DNA of 63,914 bases, counting the filler, from Octopus bimaculoides (Eukaryota), in NCBI RefSeq assembly GCF_001194135.2. It is 4 parts of 4 records of this genome, joined end to end, with 100 filler letters (N's around TTAATTAATTAA, not from the genome) between each part and the next. Parts side by side here need not be neighbours in the genome. Positions count along the whole stretch, not along the records: positions 29,269 to 48,518 come from NC_068983.1; 3 more parts are not named here. One strand, given 5' to 3'. The translations under genes were made by a program, and so were the position numbers. Below the pieces are notes generated by a model. It was not told the origin of the DNA. It was given only the letters and a program-made list of their open reading frames with translations, and searched no databases. This document shows positions 29,169-40,615 of this stretch, one piece after another. How positions within the stretch are numbered: the stretch's first letter is position 1; each line of letters starts with the position of its first letter.

Positions 29169-29268
29169 NNNNNNNNNNNNNNNNNNNNNNNNNNNNNNNN
29201 NNNNNNNNNNNNTTAATTAATTAANNNNNNNNNNNNNNNNNNNNNNNNNNNNNNNNNNNNNNNNNNNN
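29169..29268. other. Artificial 100-bp scaffold spacer (44 N + TTAATTAATTAA + 44 N)
   Basis: An identical design recurs at 48519-48618 and 61851-61950; the 12-mer puts stops in all six frames. Confidence 0.9.
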
Positions 29269-29443
29269 TAAGAGGAATGACCAGCAAAAGTGGACTCCTA
29301 TATGCTAGAAATAGATGCCGAATCATCTAACCACGAAAAAAAAAAAATATGTTCTCAGTAAAAATTCAGCGACACAACAGATTGTAAAAGGGCAAGACAA
29401 ACAAAAAAATACTAAATAAAAAAAAAACGATTAACCTACATAC

Positions 29444-29570
29444 CATGGTTTCACCTGTTAAAATTTACATAAGTAAATATCTGCAGGATCGTCAGCGTAG
29501 TCCGTCAATTCGCAATGCAATTTCCAGAACTAGACACAAGACGTCCACCCGAAATGGAGCACGTGTAGAG
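29444..29570 (-). other. Candidate first exon ending in ATG|GTATGT
   Basis: Minus strand reads AAACCATG|GTATGT (ATG 29446-29444) at the end of a CpG-retaining unique patch. Downstream exons not identified. Confidence 0.3.
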
Positions 29571-30897
29571 TTATACAAATTACATTCAGTGTATCATTTC
29601 AAATGTCTTCAATAGATAGATAGATAGATAGATAGTGATATAGATATATATACCAACTAGATGTCCTTTCATGTTTTGCCAGTAGAAAGGACATCTAGTT
29701 GGTAAAACCAAGTCAAAATAACCTGTACAAGGGCCAGTCTATGAAAGTTGTAACTTCCAGTAAGAAAGGATCTGGATCACGGCAATCATCTAACATGGAA
29801 ACCAGACATAAAATGATGATGATGATTTGTTGTAGGTTTTTGTACAGTTTCCATCAACCAAATTTACTAATAAGGCATTTGTTGTCCTGGGGCTATAATA
29901 GTGACACAGAACTTCTTGACCACACTGCCACACCTACAGTAACTTTTTTCTCCCAAATCCTTAAAAACAAGCCAAACAACAGAATCTCACAAATACAATG
30001 ACAATCTTTTTCTGCCAACCACAAGAGAAATCATATAAGAGAAATAAAATTGTTATATTTTTGATTACGAGGGGGTGGGGGTGGAAATTACTCAGAGGCA
30101 CCTTCTGCATAAAGAAAAATACATTATTTAGTGGCTGCTGGTATTTAACCAAAGAAAAAAAGTCCTGGTCAGTTAAAAATACATCCATAATGAGGAAAGA
30201 AAAAACAATTAGTTTAATTATTTAATTTTAATTGAATTTTAATGTCAGAGTTGTCTATTTCTTTCTTGGTCAGAACTAGTCATTAAGCTCATTAGGGTTT
30301 CTCTCNNNNNNNNNNNNNNNNNNNNNNNNNNNNNNNNNNNNNNNNNNNNNNNNNNNNNNNNNNNNNNNNNNNNNNNNNNNNNNNNNNNNNNNNNNNNNNN
30401 NNNNNNNNNNNNNNNNNNNNNNNNNNNNNNNNNNNNNNNNNNNNNNNNNNNNNNNNNNNNNNNNNNNNNNNNNNNNNNNNNNNNNNNNNNNNNNNNNNNN
30501 NNNNNNNNNNNNNNNNNNNNNNNNNNNNNNNNNNNNNNNNNNNNNNNNNNNNNNNNNNNNNNNNNNNNNNNNNNNNNNNNNNNNNNNNNNNNNNNNNNNN
30601 NNNNNNNNNNNNNNNNNNNNNNNNNNNNNNNNNNNNNNNNNNNNNNNNNNNNNNNNNNNNNNNNNNNNNNNNNNNNNNNNNNNNNNNNNNNNNNNNNNNN
30701 NNNNNNNNNNNNNNNNNNNNNNNNNNNNNNNNNNNNNNNNNNNNNNNNNNNNNNNNNNNNNNNNNNNNNNNNNNNNNNNNNNNNNNNNNNNNNNNNNNNN
30801 NNNNNNNNNNNNNNNNNNNNNNNNNNNNNNNNNNNNNNNNNNNNNNNNNNNNNNNNNNNNNNNNNNNNNNNNNNNNNNNNNNNNNNNNNNNNNNNNN

Positions 30898-31198
30898 GTG
30901 TTTATTGAGCGAAAACACCTAAAAGCTGCATGAGGCTCCGGCAAGGGATGGTGGCGAACCCTGCTGTACTCTTTCACCACAACTTTCTCTCACTCTTACT
31001 TCCTGTTTCTGTTGTGCCTGTAATTCAAAGGGTGAGCCTTGTCACACTGTGTCACGCTGAATATCCCCGAGAACTACGTTAAGGGTACACGTGTCTGTGG
31101 AGTGCTCAGCCACTTGCATGTTAATTTCATGAGCAGGCTGTTCCATTGATCAGATCAACTGAAACCCTCGACATCGTAAGCGACGGAGTGCCAACAAC
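30898..31198 (+). mobile_element. SINE family A, 5' end hidden in gap
   Basis: Aligns with the 46618 copy; carries extra CpG transitions. Confidence 0.9.
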
Positions 31199-31204
31199 AA
31201 TGAT

Positions 31205-31416
31205 GCCACCCCACTGGCTTGGTGAGCAGGCCCACACTCTTCCCTGATCGGCAGGCTGGTTTGTTGCAGTGTTACCCATTTACAGCTGAGTGGACTGGAG
31301 CAATGTGAAATGAAGTGTTTTGCTCAAGAACATAACATGCCACCCAGTCTGGGGATTGAATTTATGACCTAAAGATTGCAAGTGCAATACTCTAACCACT
31401 AGTCCACATCCCTTCA
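31205..31416 (-). mobile_element. tRNA-derived SINE with CORE/MESC-like centre, heavily CpG-decayed
   Basis: Minus-strand head ...CTAGTGGTTAGAGTATTG...AATTCAATCCC then TTCTTGAGCAAAACACTTCATTTCACATTGCTCCAGTCCACTCAGCTGTAAATGGG. Confidence 0.65.
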
Positions 31417-31419
31417 TGC

Positions 31420-31486
<67 letters not shown>

Positions 31487-31649
31487 TATATATGTGTGTG
31501 TATTGGTTGTGTATATATACCCTCTGTTTTCATTGAAACTCACAGTTCTAGTGATGCATTAAGCATAGCATAATGTTTAGTTTAGCAATGTACACATTCT
31601 TTTTCCTTACTTTCTCTAAGAGATTATGTTTTTGTTTTTTGTCATTTAA

Positions 31650-32020
31650 CCCTTTTGATATGAACCTGCCTGAGACTACTCTTGGTTCTGTGGTATAAGC
31701 TTCTGGCTAAAATTCAAGCTCACATGAAAATTTCATGTTAATTCATGTTCTGAGAATCAGCTTAATAACAATTCAGTTATTTTACTAAAATTTTCTTTAT
31801 TTTAAAAATTAATTGAAACAAAGGCAGTGGATTTCAACAGAAACATGGCAACAAAAATCTTAAAGTGATTGAAATTAAAACCTCCTCTTAAAATTTCATG
31901 TAAATTTATATTCCAAACATCAACTTAATTATGACAGTTATTTTACAAAATTTTTCATTATTATTAAAATTAATTGAAAGAAGAACAGTGTATTTCAACA
32001 GAGATACAGCACCAAAAGAG
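31650..32020. mobile_element. piggyBac-like MITE with internal duplication
   Basis: TTAA|CCCTTTTGAT ... CCAAAAGAG|TTAA. An internal segment of roughly 130-140 bp is repeated twice. Confidence 0.6.
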
Positions 32021-32199
32021 TTAAAAGCAGTGTTGAATGACAATAAAATAACTGAAATTTGGTTTGATAGTTGCTTGTAACTGATGAAGAATTCTAAACC
32101 TTAAAGTTTGCCACCAAAAAAAAAATCATCTGAATATGTTTATTTATCAAAACTTTTTTCTTAACTGGTTTCATTTGACTGTTTACAAATCTACCTTTT

Positions 32200-32816
32200 C
32201 TGTTTAAGTCTCATCTTGTTTAAAATCCATTTTATCTGATCTAAAATCCATTTTATCTTGTCTAAAATAAATTTCATCTTGTCTGAAATAAATTTCATCT
32301 TTTCTATTGATTTTGTCTAAAGACTATTTTATCTGATCTAAAATCTATCTTAGCTTGTTCTAAATGCCATCTTATCTTGTTTAAAATTCATCATATCTTG
32401 TTTGAAATCAATCTTACATTCTCTTAAATCGACTTCATCTCATTTAAATTTCATGTTTGTTGAAAATCCATCTCACAGTCTCTTAAATCCCTCTTAACCC
32501 TTTCATTACCAACCTGGCTGAAACCAGCTCTGGCTCTGTAGTACAACTGTCTTGTTTTCATAAATTTTGAATTAAAATCTTCCATCAAACCTTAGTCACA
32601 ATTTATGTTCCTAACACAAGCTGAATGACAACTAAGTTATTTTATTAAATTCTTTGTTGTATTTAAAGTAAGTGAAAAAAAACACAGAGCATCTCAGAAT
32701 AAATACAGTAATGAAAGGGTTAAAATCAATCTCACATTCTCTTAAACTGACTTCATCGCATTTAAATTTCGTATTTGTTGAAAATCCATCTCACAATCTG
32801 TTAAATCCCTCTTAAA
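32200..32816 (+). repeat. Degenerate ~21-bp tandem repeat and ~92-bp direct repeats flanking a MITE
   Basis: AAAATCCATTTTATCTTGTCT-like units; 32405-32497 matches 32723-32816. Confidence 0.75.
32498..32719. mobile_element. piggyBac-like MITE
   Basis: TTAA target duplication on both sides; perfect TIR CCCTTTCATTAC / GTAATGAAAGGG. Confidence 0.85.
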
Positions 32817-32844
32817 TCTTGGTTTTTTTTTTTTTTTTTTGCAG

Positions 32845-33018
32845 GTTTTGTATAAAGAAGTCAGTCAACTGAACGAATCTACAATGAAACGAATCCAGTC
32901 AGTGAGGCTTCTACCCCCAGATTCTTTATGGATGGACCGTTATCATCATACTATTCAGTACGATAATCTCACTATAAACTGCTGTTCACATTGTAAAGGA
33001 GACATTTTTGTGGCATAA
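32845..33018 (+). CDS. Terminal coding exon of an unidentified gene (VLYKEVSQLNESTMKRIQSVRLLPPDSLWMDRYHHTIQYDNLTINCCSHCKGDIFVA*)
   Basis: Long poly-T tract + GCAG acceptor at 32841-32844. Phase-0 open frame of 57 codons to TAA with protein-like, non-repetitive composition and a C-terminal CCxxC motif. Followed by AT-rich UTR-like unique sequence. Upstream exons not located. Confidence 0.7.
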   Translation, partial: VLYKEVSQLNESTMKRIQSVRLLPPDSLWMDRYHHTIQYDNLTINCCSHCKGDIFVA

Positions 33019-34099
33019 CTATTTACAGAGTTCCCCATAATTCCACTGTCATTATTTATCTGTTCCATTCTAACTGTTTTGCTCAACTTTTATCCATTAA
33101 TCTTTGTATTATATTGTTCCAGATAAACTGTTTATAACATTGAATTCTCAAATTTAAATTATTCTAATCTAGATAAGGTGGTATAGGATTATGTTTATGG
33201 AATTTACATGTATATGCAAAGTCTTTGTTTCTCTGTAAGTTCTTCTGTTCACACAAAATTTAAAGATAACTGAAATTTCCTTTTGGAACCTACAAGAATT
33301 CCCTCCTGTAAGCCCATTGTAGAACTTTTTTTTTTTTNNNNNNNNNNTTTTTTTTTTTTTTTTGTGGCATCAGTTCAGAATTGTTTTTGTTCTGATATTA
33401 ATTAGCTGTAATTATCTATTTTCATTCAAATTTATGGAATCAATATTTTTTTTTTCTCCAAAATGCATTGAAAATTTATATTTTTGAACATACTTTATCT
33501 CTTTGGAACCAAAAATGTTTAGAATTATTTCTTGGTTGAATGGTTTGGAAAGAGAGTTACATTTGTTTTTCTCTTTGCGTCAGTGTTTGTGTGTTTGTTC
33601 AATCATCATAATCGTTTTAACATCCACTTTTACATGCTTGCATGGCTTGGACAGAGTTTATTGCAGCAAGTTTTCTATAGCTGGATACCTTTCCTGTTGC
33701 TAACCCTCACCTGATCCCAAGCAATATAATATTTCCCCATGGTCAGACATGTTTTTTTTTTTCTCAAAATATTGGAAATGAATGAGAGTGAGACGCATTT
33801 ACAACTTTCATGCAATTTGTGTGTATGTCTGTGTGTGTTAATGTTTCCTTGTTTCAATATTGTGGAACAGTTCTAAATGAATGTCACCACCATATAATGG
33901 TGTCCCTCATTTCCAGTATTCTGTATAAACATACCCAGCCTTGGACAAATACTACCTCACTTCGAAACAGATATGAGATGGTGACAGGAAGAGCATTCAA
34001 CCATAGAAAATCTACCTCTGTCTAACCCAGGTGTATGTAGTATAATCACATTTTAGTATTGTCCAACCCATGCCAACATGGGAAGCTGACATTAAATGA

Positions 34100-34144
<45 letters not shown>

Positions 34145-34263
34145 CATATATACATACGTATATGTACTTACTTATATCTATACGTATGTATATAAGCATA
34201 TGTGGGCACAGGACATCATGAAACATGTACAACAAAAAAATACGAAGCATGAGTACATGGAAC

Positions 34264-34588
34264 ATGAGCTATTCTTTCAAACAACGAAAGACACAAATGG
34301 AAAACAAAACAAACAACATAAAGAACGACCCTTCATCAGTTGTTGGCTGTTTTTCTAGTCTCGTATTTCTAGCATTTAACAACAATATATGCTTTCACTA
34401 AAACAGTTGCGCCCACATAGCAAATTAAATGAAATTTGGGATTTTGTGGAGGGTCAAAATAGGTAACACAAACAGGACAGTGAAAACAAACAGGAAGGGC
34501 TGCTAAGCCTAAACAAGGTTGTGGTGGCAAATGTGTAAATCATGCGTGGACAGGAGACAAACAAGAGCACGTCTTCCTTGTTCCAGCT
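34264..34588 (-). repeat. Unclassified ~325-bp interspersed repeat, copy 2
   Basis: Reverse copy of 21217-21542; also preceded by a CT-rich tract. Confidence 0.8.
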
Positions 34589-34669
34589 ATAATGGAGAGA
34601 AAGAAAGAAACACAAGTTAGGAGAAGAAAGATGGCCGATGGTAACGTGGGAGCGCAAGGGAGGAGGAGT

Positions 34670-34715
<46 letters not shown>

Positions 34716-35994
34716 CAGAGTTATAGGAAAGAATAGTGGGAAAAGAAGAGGTAAAAGAATAAGACAGAGAAAAATGAAAGAGTGAAAAGATCGTATGGAG
34801 TGTGCATCAGAATTATTAAGATAAAACTTACACGCCACACATCTTCTTCCAAGTAAGTTTTATCTATCTATCTATATATATNNNNNNNNNNNNNNNNNNN
34901 NNNNNNNNNNNNNNNNNNNNNNNNNNNNNNNNNNNNNNNNNNNNNNNNNNNNNNNNNNNNNNNNNNNNNNNNNNNNNNNNNNNNNNNNNNNNNNNNNNNN
35001 NNNNNNNNNNNNNNNNNNNNNNNNNNNNNNNNNNNNNNNNNNNNNNNNNNNNNNNNNNNNNNNNNNNNNNNNNNNNNNNNNNNNNNNNNNNNNNNNNNNN
35101 NNNNNNNNNNNNNNNNNNNNNNNNNNNNNNNNNNNNNNNNNNNNNNNNNNNNNNNNNNNNNNNNNNNNNNNNNNNNNNNNNNNNNNNNNNNNNNNNNNNN
35201 NNNNNNNNNNNNNNNNNNNNNNNNNNNNNNNNNNNNNNNNNNNNNNNNNNNNNNNNNNNNNNNNNNNNNNNNNNNNNNNNNNNNNNNNNNNNNNNNNNNN
35301 NNNNNNNNNNNNNNACATCTAATAATTTCTCAACATCTAATAATTGAAGTGGAAAAATTATGAGAGAAAATCATTTCTATTCATTTTTTCATCCCCCCCC
35401 CCCACACACACATACAAAATTCCTCTTATCTGCCATAAATCTTTAGTTTAAAATTTGAAGTTTATATTTCTAGTATTTTATTTATTTTATTAATGACCAA
35501 ACTAAAGGTGGTGTTTGAAAATATTCTAATTTTTGTTTGCATTTCCTGTCTGTCATACATTTGTAAGATGTTGTCATTGTGCTTAAAGTGTTTTCATCAC
35601 ACAGAAGATGTTATCATCATTATGTTTGTGTTTTCACCACTCAAAGATAGCTAAATCATTTCACTCATAATAAATTGTAACGTCTTCGATATTAATGTTA
35701 ATCTACTACCAAAGATTTGTCTTGCAGCATTTTGCTTCCATACACCACATGAATTCTTTAAAAGCAATGAATCTTAAAGAACTGTTGTTAGTGGGGTTTT
35801 TTTGTTTGTTTTTTGGGTTTTTTTTACACCTAGGTATAAAAATATGGAGTTTTAAATTTTAGCACCTATTGTGAATTGAAAGAACAAATAAGAACAGGCT
35901 ATTATGCTTAATTATATTTAACCATGAAATAAGAGAGTGAATGATCTTCGGAATTAGAAAAATTGTTCTAATTCCACTATTAAGCAGTGATTAA

Positions 35995-36198
35995 CCCTTT
36001 TGTTACCATATTTCTCTTGAAACATTTTACCGCTGTTTTAATTAATTTAGAAAATAATGAAAAATTTATTAAAATATCTATCATATTAATTTACAGTTTG
36101 GAACATAAAAATTATAAAATTTTGAGAGAAAGTTTTAAATCTAAATCATATTAAGACAAAAAGTTTATATCATAAAACTTAGAGCAGTTTCAAAAAGT
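35995..36198. mobile_element. piggyBac-like MITE, same family, decayed
   Basis: TTAA|CCCTTTTGTTACC ... CAAAAAGT|TTAA; body resembles the reverse complement of the 31650 and 32498 elements. Confidence 0.55.
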
Positions 36199-36258
36199 TT
36201 AAAATGAACTTTTGAAAGTATCTTTCAGAAAGAGTGAATTATACGTTGGTCTTAAATA

Positions 36259-36383
36259 TTAGTGAGTTATGTATACAAAAAGATTGTCTTTGTTGAAAAG
36301 GATCCATGTCTTGTCTTGTAGAGGGCATGGCTTGCCGGTGCTAATAACCAAGTAACATAACTCTTCAGTTCCTGTTAGGTTTC
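36259..36383 (-). CDS. Candidate terminal exon (GNLTGTEELCYLVISTGKPCPLQDKTWILFNKDNLFVYITH*)
   Basis: Minus-strand poly-T + CATGGGACAG acceptor. Only one frame is open, and it matches the phase-1 end of the 38203-38257 exon. Could be coincidental. Confidence 0.2.
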
Positions 36384-36702
36384 CTGTCCCATGAAAAAAA
36401 AAAAAATTCTTTTAAACTTTTACATAACATGCAAAGATAAAAATGGTTGAGAGTAAAAGTGCTACACTACGAACCACATGAACCCAAGTGCAACCCCTAC
36501 TTCAATCTTTTCACTGTTTTCCTTGTATAAAATATTAATTCTACCTGCTCGAGACTACACTGAAAATAAATACGAATCCCATTTATTCCATTAGGCATAT
36601 AGCTGTAAATACAACTGATGTAATAATATTGTATATGTTTCAACTATGCGAAAATCTTTTAAGCACAAACTTGAGACAGAAAAGAGCAAAAGGTCCACTG
36701 AC

Positions 36703-36707
<5 letters not shown>

Positions 36708-36737
<30 letters not shown>

Positions 36738-37050
36738 TTAATGTTCGTTTTCTGTGCTGATATGGGTTGGACAGTTTGACAGGAGCTGGAGAGCTGTGGC
36801 AGGCTCCAGTTGTCTGTTTTGGCATGGTTTCTTTGGCTGGATGCTCCTCCTGGTGCCGAATACTTTACAGAGTGTACTGGCTGCTTTTTATGTGGCATTA
36901 GCATGTACTTTTTATGTGAAACCAGCACCAGTGGGGTTGTTAAGTAATTTATTGCGAGAAGGAGTGGAATTGAGGGAAGTGGTAGTGTGCCAAGCAAGAG
37001 GTTAGAGTATGATAGAGGGACAGGAATAGTTGTCTTACTATAAATGTGAT
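36708..37050 (-). mobile_element. Retroelement 3' end with (GAT)n tail (family D)
   Basis: (CAT)n then TTTAATGTTCGTTTTC...ATGGGTTGGACAGTTTGAC. Related pieces at about 29690-29825, 33603-33900, 33960-34100, 38630-38830, 42110-42230, 43548-43760 and 45500-45665. Confidence 0.65.
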
Positions 37051-38202
37051 ACTTGGCCACCCCAGTAGAACAAAGAAGAAGAAAGGTGCAAAAGAGAAAG
37101 GGAGAGAGAAACCATATATTGGGTGGGCCAGTCAACCTTATTATTAATCAGCTGATAGTGTGTCTGCTATTATTAGCTCTTAAATTAAGTTCTGTGAATC
37201 AAATTTTAGTGTTATTTTCCTTCTCAGATTGCTGCTTAAAATGTCTAATTTTGCACCAGCATTTTGACAGTCATAATTAGGAAAACCATTCCACAAATGG
37301 TAACTAAGAAATCCATCATCATAATTGTTTTAATATCATTGTTTCCACATTTGTATGAGTCAAACAAGATTTCTTCTGTCTTAGTACTCTCCCTGTGGCC
37401 AATCGTAATCTGTTTCCAAGCAAGGTAGTATTTTTTTCTAGACTAGATATATTTTTTTACAGAAGTCTACTGACAAATGGCATCATATTTGTATAAACGA
37501 TGGCTTTGTGTACATTCAGTATGCAGCGTCAAGACAGAAATACACATGTGCATATATTTATACATTTATATATATCTATATAGAGTGGTATAGAGTTTTT
37601 GCTGCTCTTTCTAACGGACTAGATGTCCTATTATAGGCATTTCTGTATTTTAAATGAATAATATATAGTCTATTGACTAATTTTTTCTTCTCGCTAGACC
37701 ACTGGTAGTAAATAAAATTTCTATATATACTGATACGGAATGCAGAATAACAGGAACAGGATAAACTATCCATATTTTGCAGAAAAATTTGCCAATCCTG
37801 TTCTTGCTATTAGCATTATCCTGCATTTGAGACTGTATCTTTCAATACATCTCAATGCTTCTAAAGCAAATTTTGTTTGTTTACTTTCTTCATAATTTGA
37901 ATTTTTTTTTAAACACACATACACGTGACTGGTCTTATCATTTTCCATTGGCCAAATTCACTTACAAGACAAGGTTTAAGTAGAAGACATTTGCCAAAGG
38001 AGCAGCACAGTGGTACTGCACCTAAAACCAGATGGTTGCAAAGTGACATTCTTAACTATACAACTGAATGTGGTTAAGAACTATATGAAATAGTTTTCAA
38101 AAGTAGATTTTTTTATCATCTATTGGCTCATCTGTATATAGAATTCCAGTGAGAAAAGTTCTAATTTCACTGAAATTTTATACTCAGAAATTTTCTCCTT
38201 AC

Positions 38203-38257
38203 CTCTACTTTTCCTACAAACTACACACAGGACATCAGCCATATCAGTCTCCTGTTT
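38203..38257 (-). CDS. Candidate small exon (KQETD-MADVLCVVCRKSR) of a putative minus-strand gene
   Basis: Minus strand: TTCATTCTCCCAG acceptor (alternative acceptor at 38302), open frame, GAG|GTAAGG donor at 38202. In-frame ATG at 38242. No homology recognised. Confidence 0.3.
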
Positions 38258-39670
38258 CTGGGAGAATGAATTTCAATAGTTGTGGGCATTGTCTCTCCAT
38301 CTCTGACTAATTTATAAAAACAAAAACTCTATTGACTTTGGTAGCTCAATCCCAGGTTATCAGTTAAATTACACATGGATATAACAATATTTAGAAATAT
38401 TGATGATTTTTTTTTCAATTTAAAAACAATGAAAAGTGGTGGATGCAAACTGTCTCCTGGTTTAATACCACCACCTGGTCCTATGGAGACCATTGTGTTA
38501 CTGGCATTCATGTCAAGGCTCTTATCTGAAGATAATATCTTCCTTTCTTCTCATCCATTTTGCTGACCCAGAATAGCATCGTAGGTTTTGTACTTCCTCC
38601 TCTCACTAAGTGATATCACCATCCTCTTTTTAATGGTTGGATGGAGTTTATTGAGGCAGATTCTCTATAGCCAAATGCTCTTCCTGTTGCCAACCCTTAC
38701 CTGTTTCCAAGCAAGGTAATATTTCTCTATGGCTGGACATGTTTTCACAGAAGACTGGAAACAAACGATACCACTTGTGTGATAGTGACACTTGTTTACC
38801 ACTATTATATGGTGTCAAAAGAAAGAAACATAGAGGACGCTTGTTCAGAGTGCCATGTAGTAGGACTGAACCCCCAAATCATGTGATTGGGAAACAAACT
38901 TCTTAACCACACAGCCATAGCTGCACCTGTTAAAACAGCTGAGGCTGTAGAATGCTGAACTAATTTGGTAACTTATTGTCCTGTGTTAAAATTCATCTTG
39001 GGGCCAGCTTTATCTTATATTCATCTGTGAAACAGCTGTAATAAATATAAGTTGCTGGTAGAGACACTGTATTTCGTGTTGCAACTATAGTATGCTACCA
39101 AGTGTATTAAATGTTTACAAACCAATAATGTGTCCGGCTTTTGTGTTAGAAGTACGTTGTTTTCATTTTTAAATGTATATCTACAGATTTTCTATAGAAT
39201 TCAGAGCCAGCATTGAAAGTTACAATGTTTCATATATGAATACATCTATGTAAACAATGCAGTCAAAGATAGAAAAATAGGTAATGGGTGTACATGCATA
39301 TTTCGAGAGTTCTTGCTCTTTCTTCAGTACCACATCCAACCCATTAACCATCCATGAGCACATTGCTTAAATACCCACTAAATTTAGTGGTGCAACATTA
39401 TTGGATATACCAATTTTACATATTAAACACATTCCTGACAACTGAGAGACACCATATCTCGTTATGCTACCACAATCTACTACAAAGTTTATTAAAGGTT
39501 TAGAAGTCAATACTGTGCCTCTCATGTTTTAAAAGTGCAATTCGATCACTTTTGAAAGTTATCTCTACAGATTTTCTATAGAATTTAGAGCCAGCACTGA
39601 AAGTCACGTTTCATATACGAACGCATCTAAGTAATGTGATTGAAGACAGAAAAATGGTTAATGGGTGTAT

Positions 39671-40295
39671 TCTTTTGCTTGTTTCAGTCATTTTGACAGT
39701 GGTCATGCTGGAGCACTATCTTTAATTGAACAAATCAATCCCTGGACTTATTCTATGTAAGCCTAGTACTTATTCTATTGGTCCCATTTGCCAAACTGCT
39801 AAGTTACAGGGACATAAACACACCAACATTGATTGTTAAGTGATAGTGGGGGGACAAACATAGACACTCAAATACATATATATTGGGTTGGTGCATAATT
39901 ATTGCGGCTTTTTTTCAACAAATTTTATTCAGCAAAAACAATAACATGTAACAAAAAACATCTTTAAATGATTATTCCGGAGCATATTCACCATCTACTC
40001 CAATTACTGCTTCCTATTTGTTTGGCAGATGGTCAGACAGTCATTTAAAGATGTTTTTGTTAAATATTGTTATTGTTTTTGTTGAAAAAAAGCCGCAGTA
40101 ATTATGCACCAACCTAATATATATATATATATATATATATATGCGACAGGCTTCTTTCAGTTTCTGTCTACCAAATTCACTGACAAGGCTTTCGTTGGCC
40201 CAAGGCGATAGTAGAAAACACTTGCCCAAGATGCCATGCAGTGGGACTGAAACTGGAACCATGTGGTTGGGAAGCAAGCTACTTACCACACAGCC
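39671..40295 (-). mobile_element. SINE family B, CpG-decayed, containing a mariner MITE
   Basis: Aligns to the other B copies on both sides of the MITE inserted in its central TA tract. Confidence 0.85.
39883..40117. mobile_element. mariner-type foldback MITE
   Basis: TIRs TTGGGTTGGTGCATAATTATTGCGGC / GCCGCAGTAATTATGCACCAACCTAA (Hsmar1/MADE1-like), TA target duplication, inverted arms extending about 80-90 bp. Confidence 0.9.
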
Positions 40296-40519
40296 TATAT
40301 GTATGTGCATATTTCAGGAGATTTTGCCCCTTCTTCTGCATCACATCCAACCCGTTAACCATCCATGAATACATTACTCAATAAATATAAGAGGAATTAA
40401 CTGACTACATCTCTTCCGAGCCAAAAAAAAATTGATATTTTTCCTCCTCCTCCATAGTTCTTCTTTATAACTGTTATAACTTAGTGTCAGGTTTTAAAAC
40501 AGTAAATATCCAGTGAGGG

Positions 40520-40615
40520 AATGATCGGGAGGCTACATGACTAATCTGTACATACAAATCAAAACGGAAACCGAGTAATGGCGGCAGCAACAGCGGAACA
40601 GCATGCGACTGCTTA
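40520..40615. promoter_or_regulatory. CpG-retaining patch, putative promoter or first exon
   Basis: Several CpGs (ACGGAAACCGAGTAATGGCGGCAGCAACAGCGG) inside an otherwise CpG-poor domain. YY1-like ATGGCGGC. Minus-strand TTT|GTATGT donor near 40555. Confidence 0.35.

Larger units (their letters stand above)
39177..40380 (+). repeat. Local direct duplication (39177-39365 versus 39561-39672 + 40301-40380)
   Basis: CTACAGATTTTCTATAGAATT.AGAGCCAGCA and CACATCCAACCC.TTAACCATCCATGA occur in both copies; the second copy is split by SINE B. Confidence 0.75.

Noticed and set aside
29213-29224. TTAATTAATTAA as a biological motif
   Set aside because: It is centred in N-runs of identical length three times, so it is an assembly linker.
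37576-37948. Penelope RT relic in two adjacent minus ORFs
   Set aside because: No diagnostic RT motif; resemblance too weak to call.
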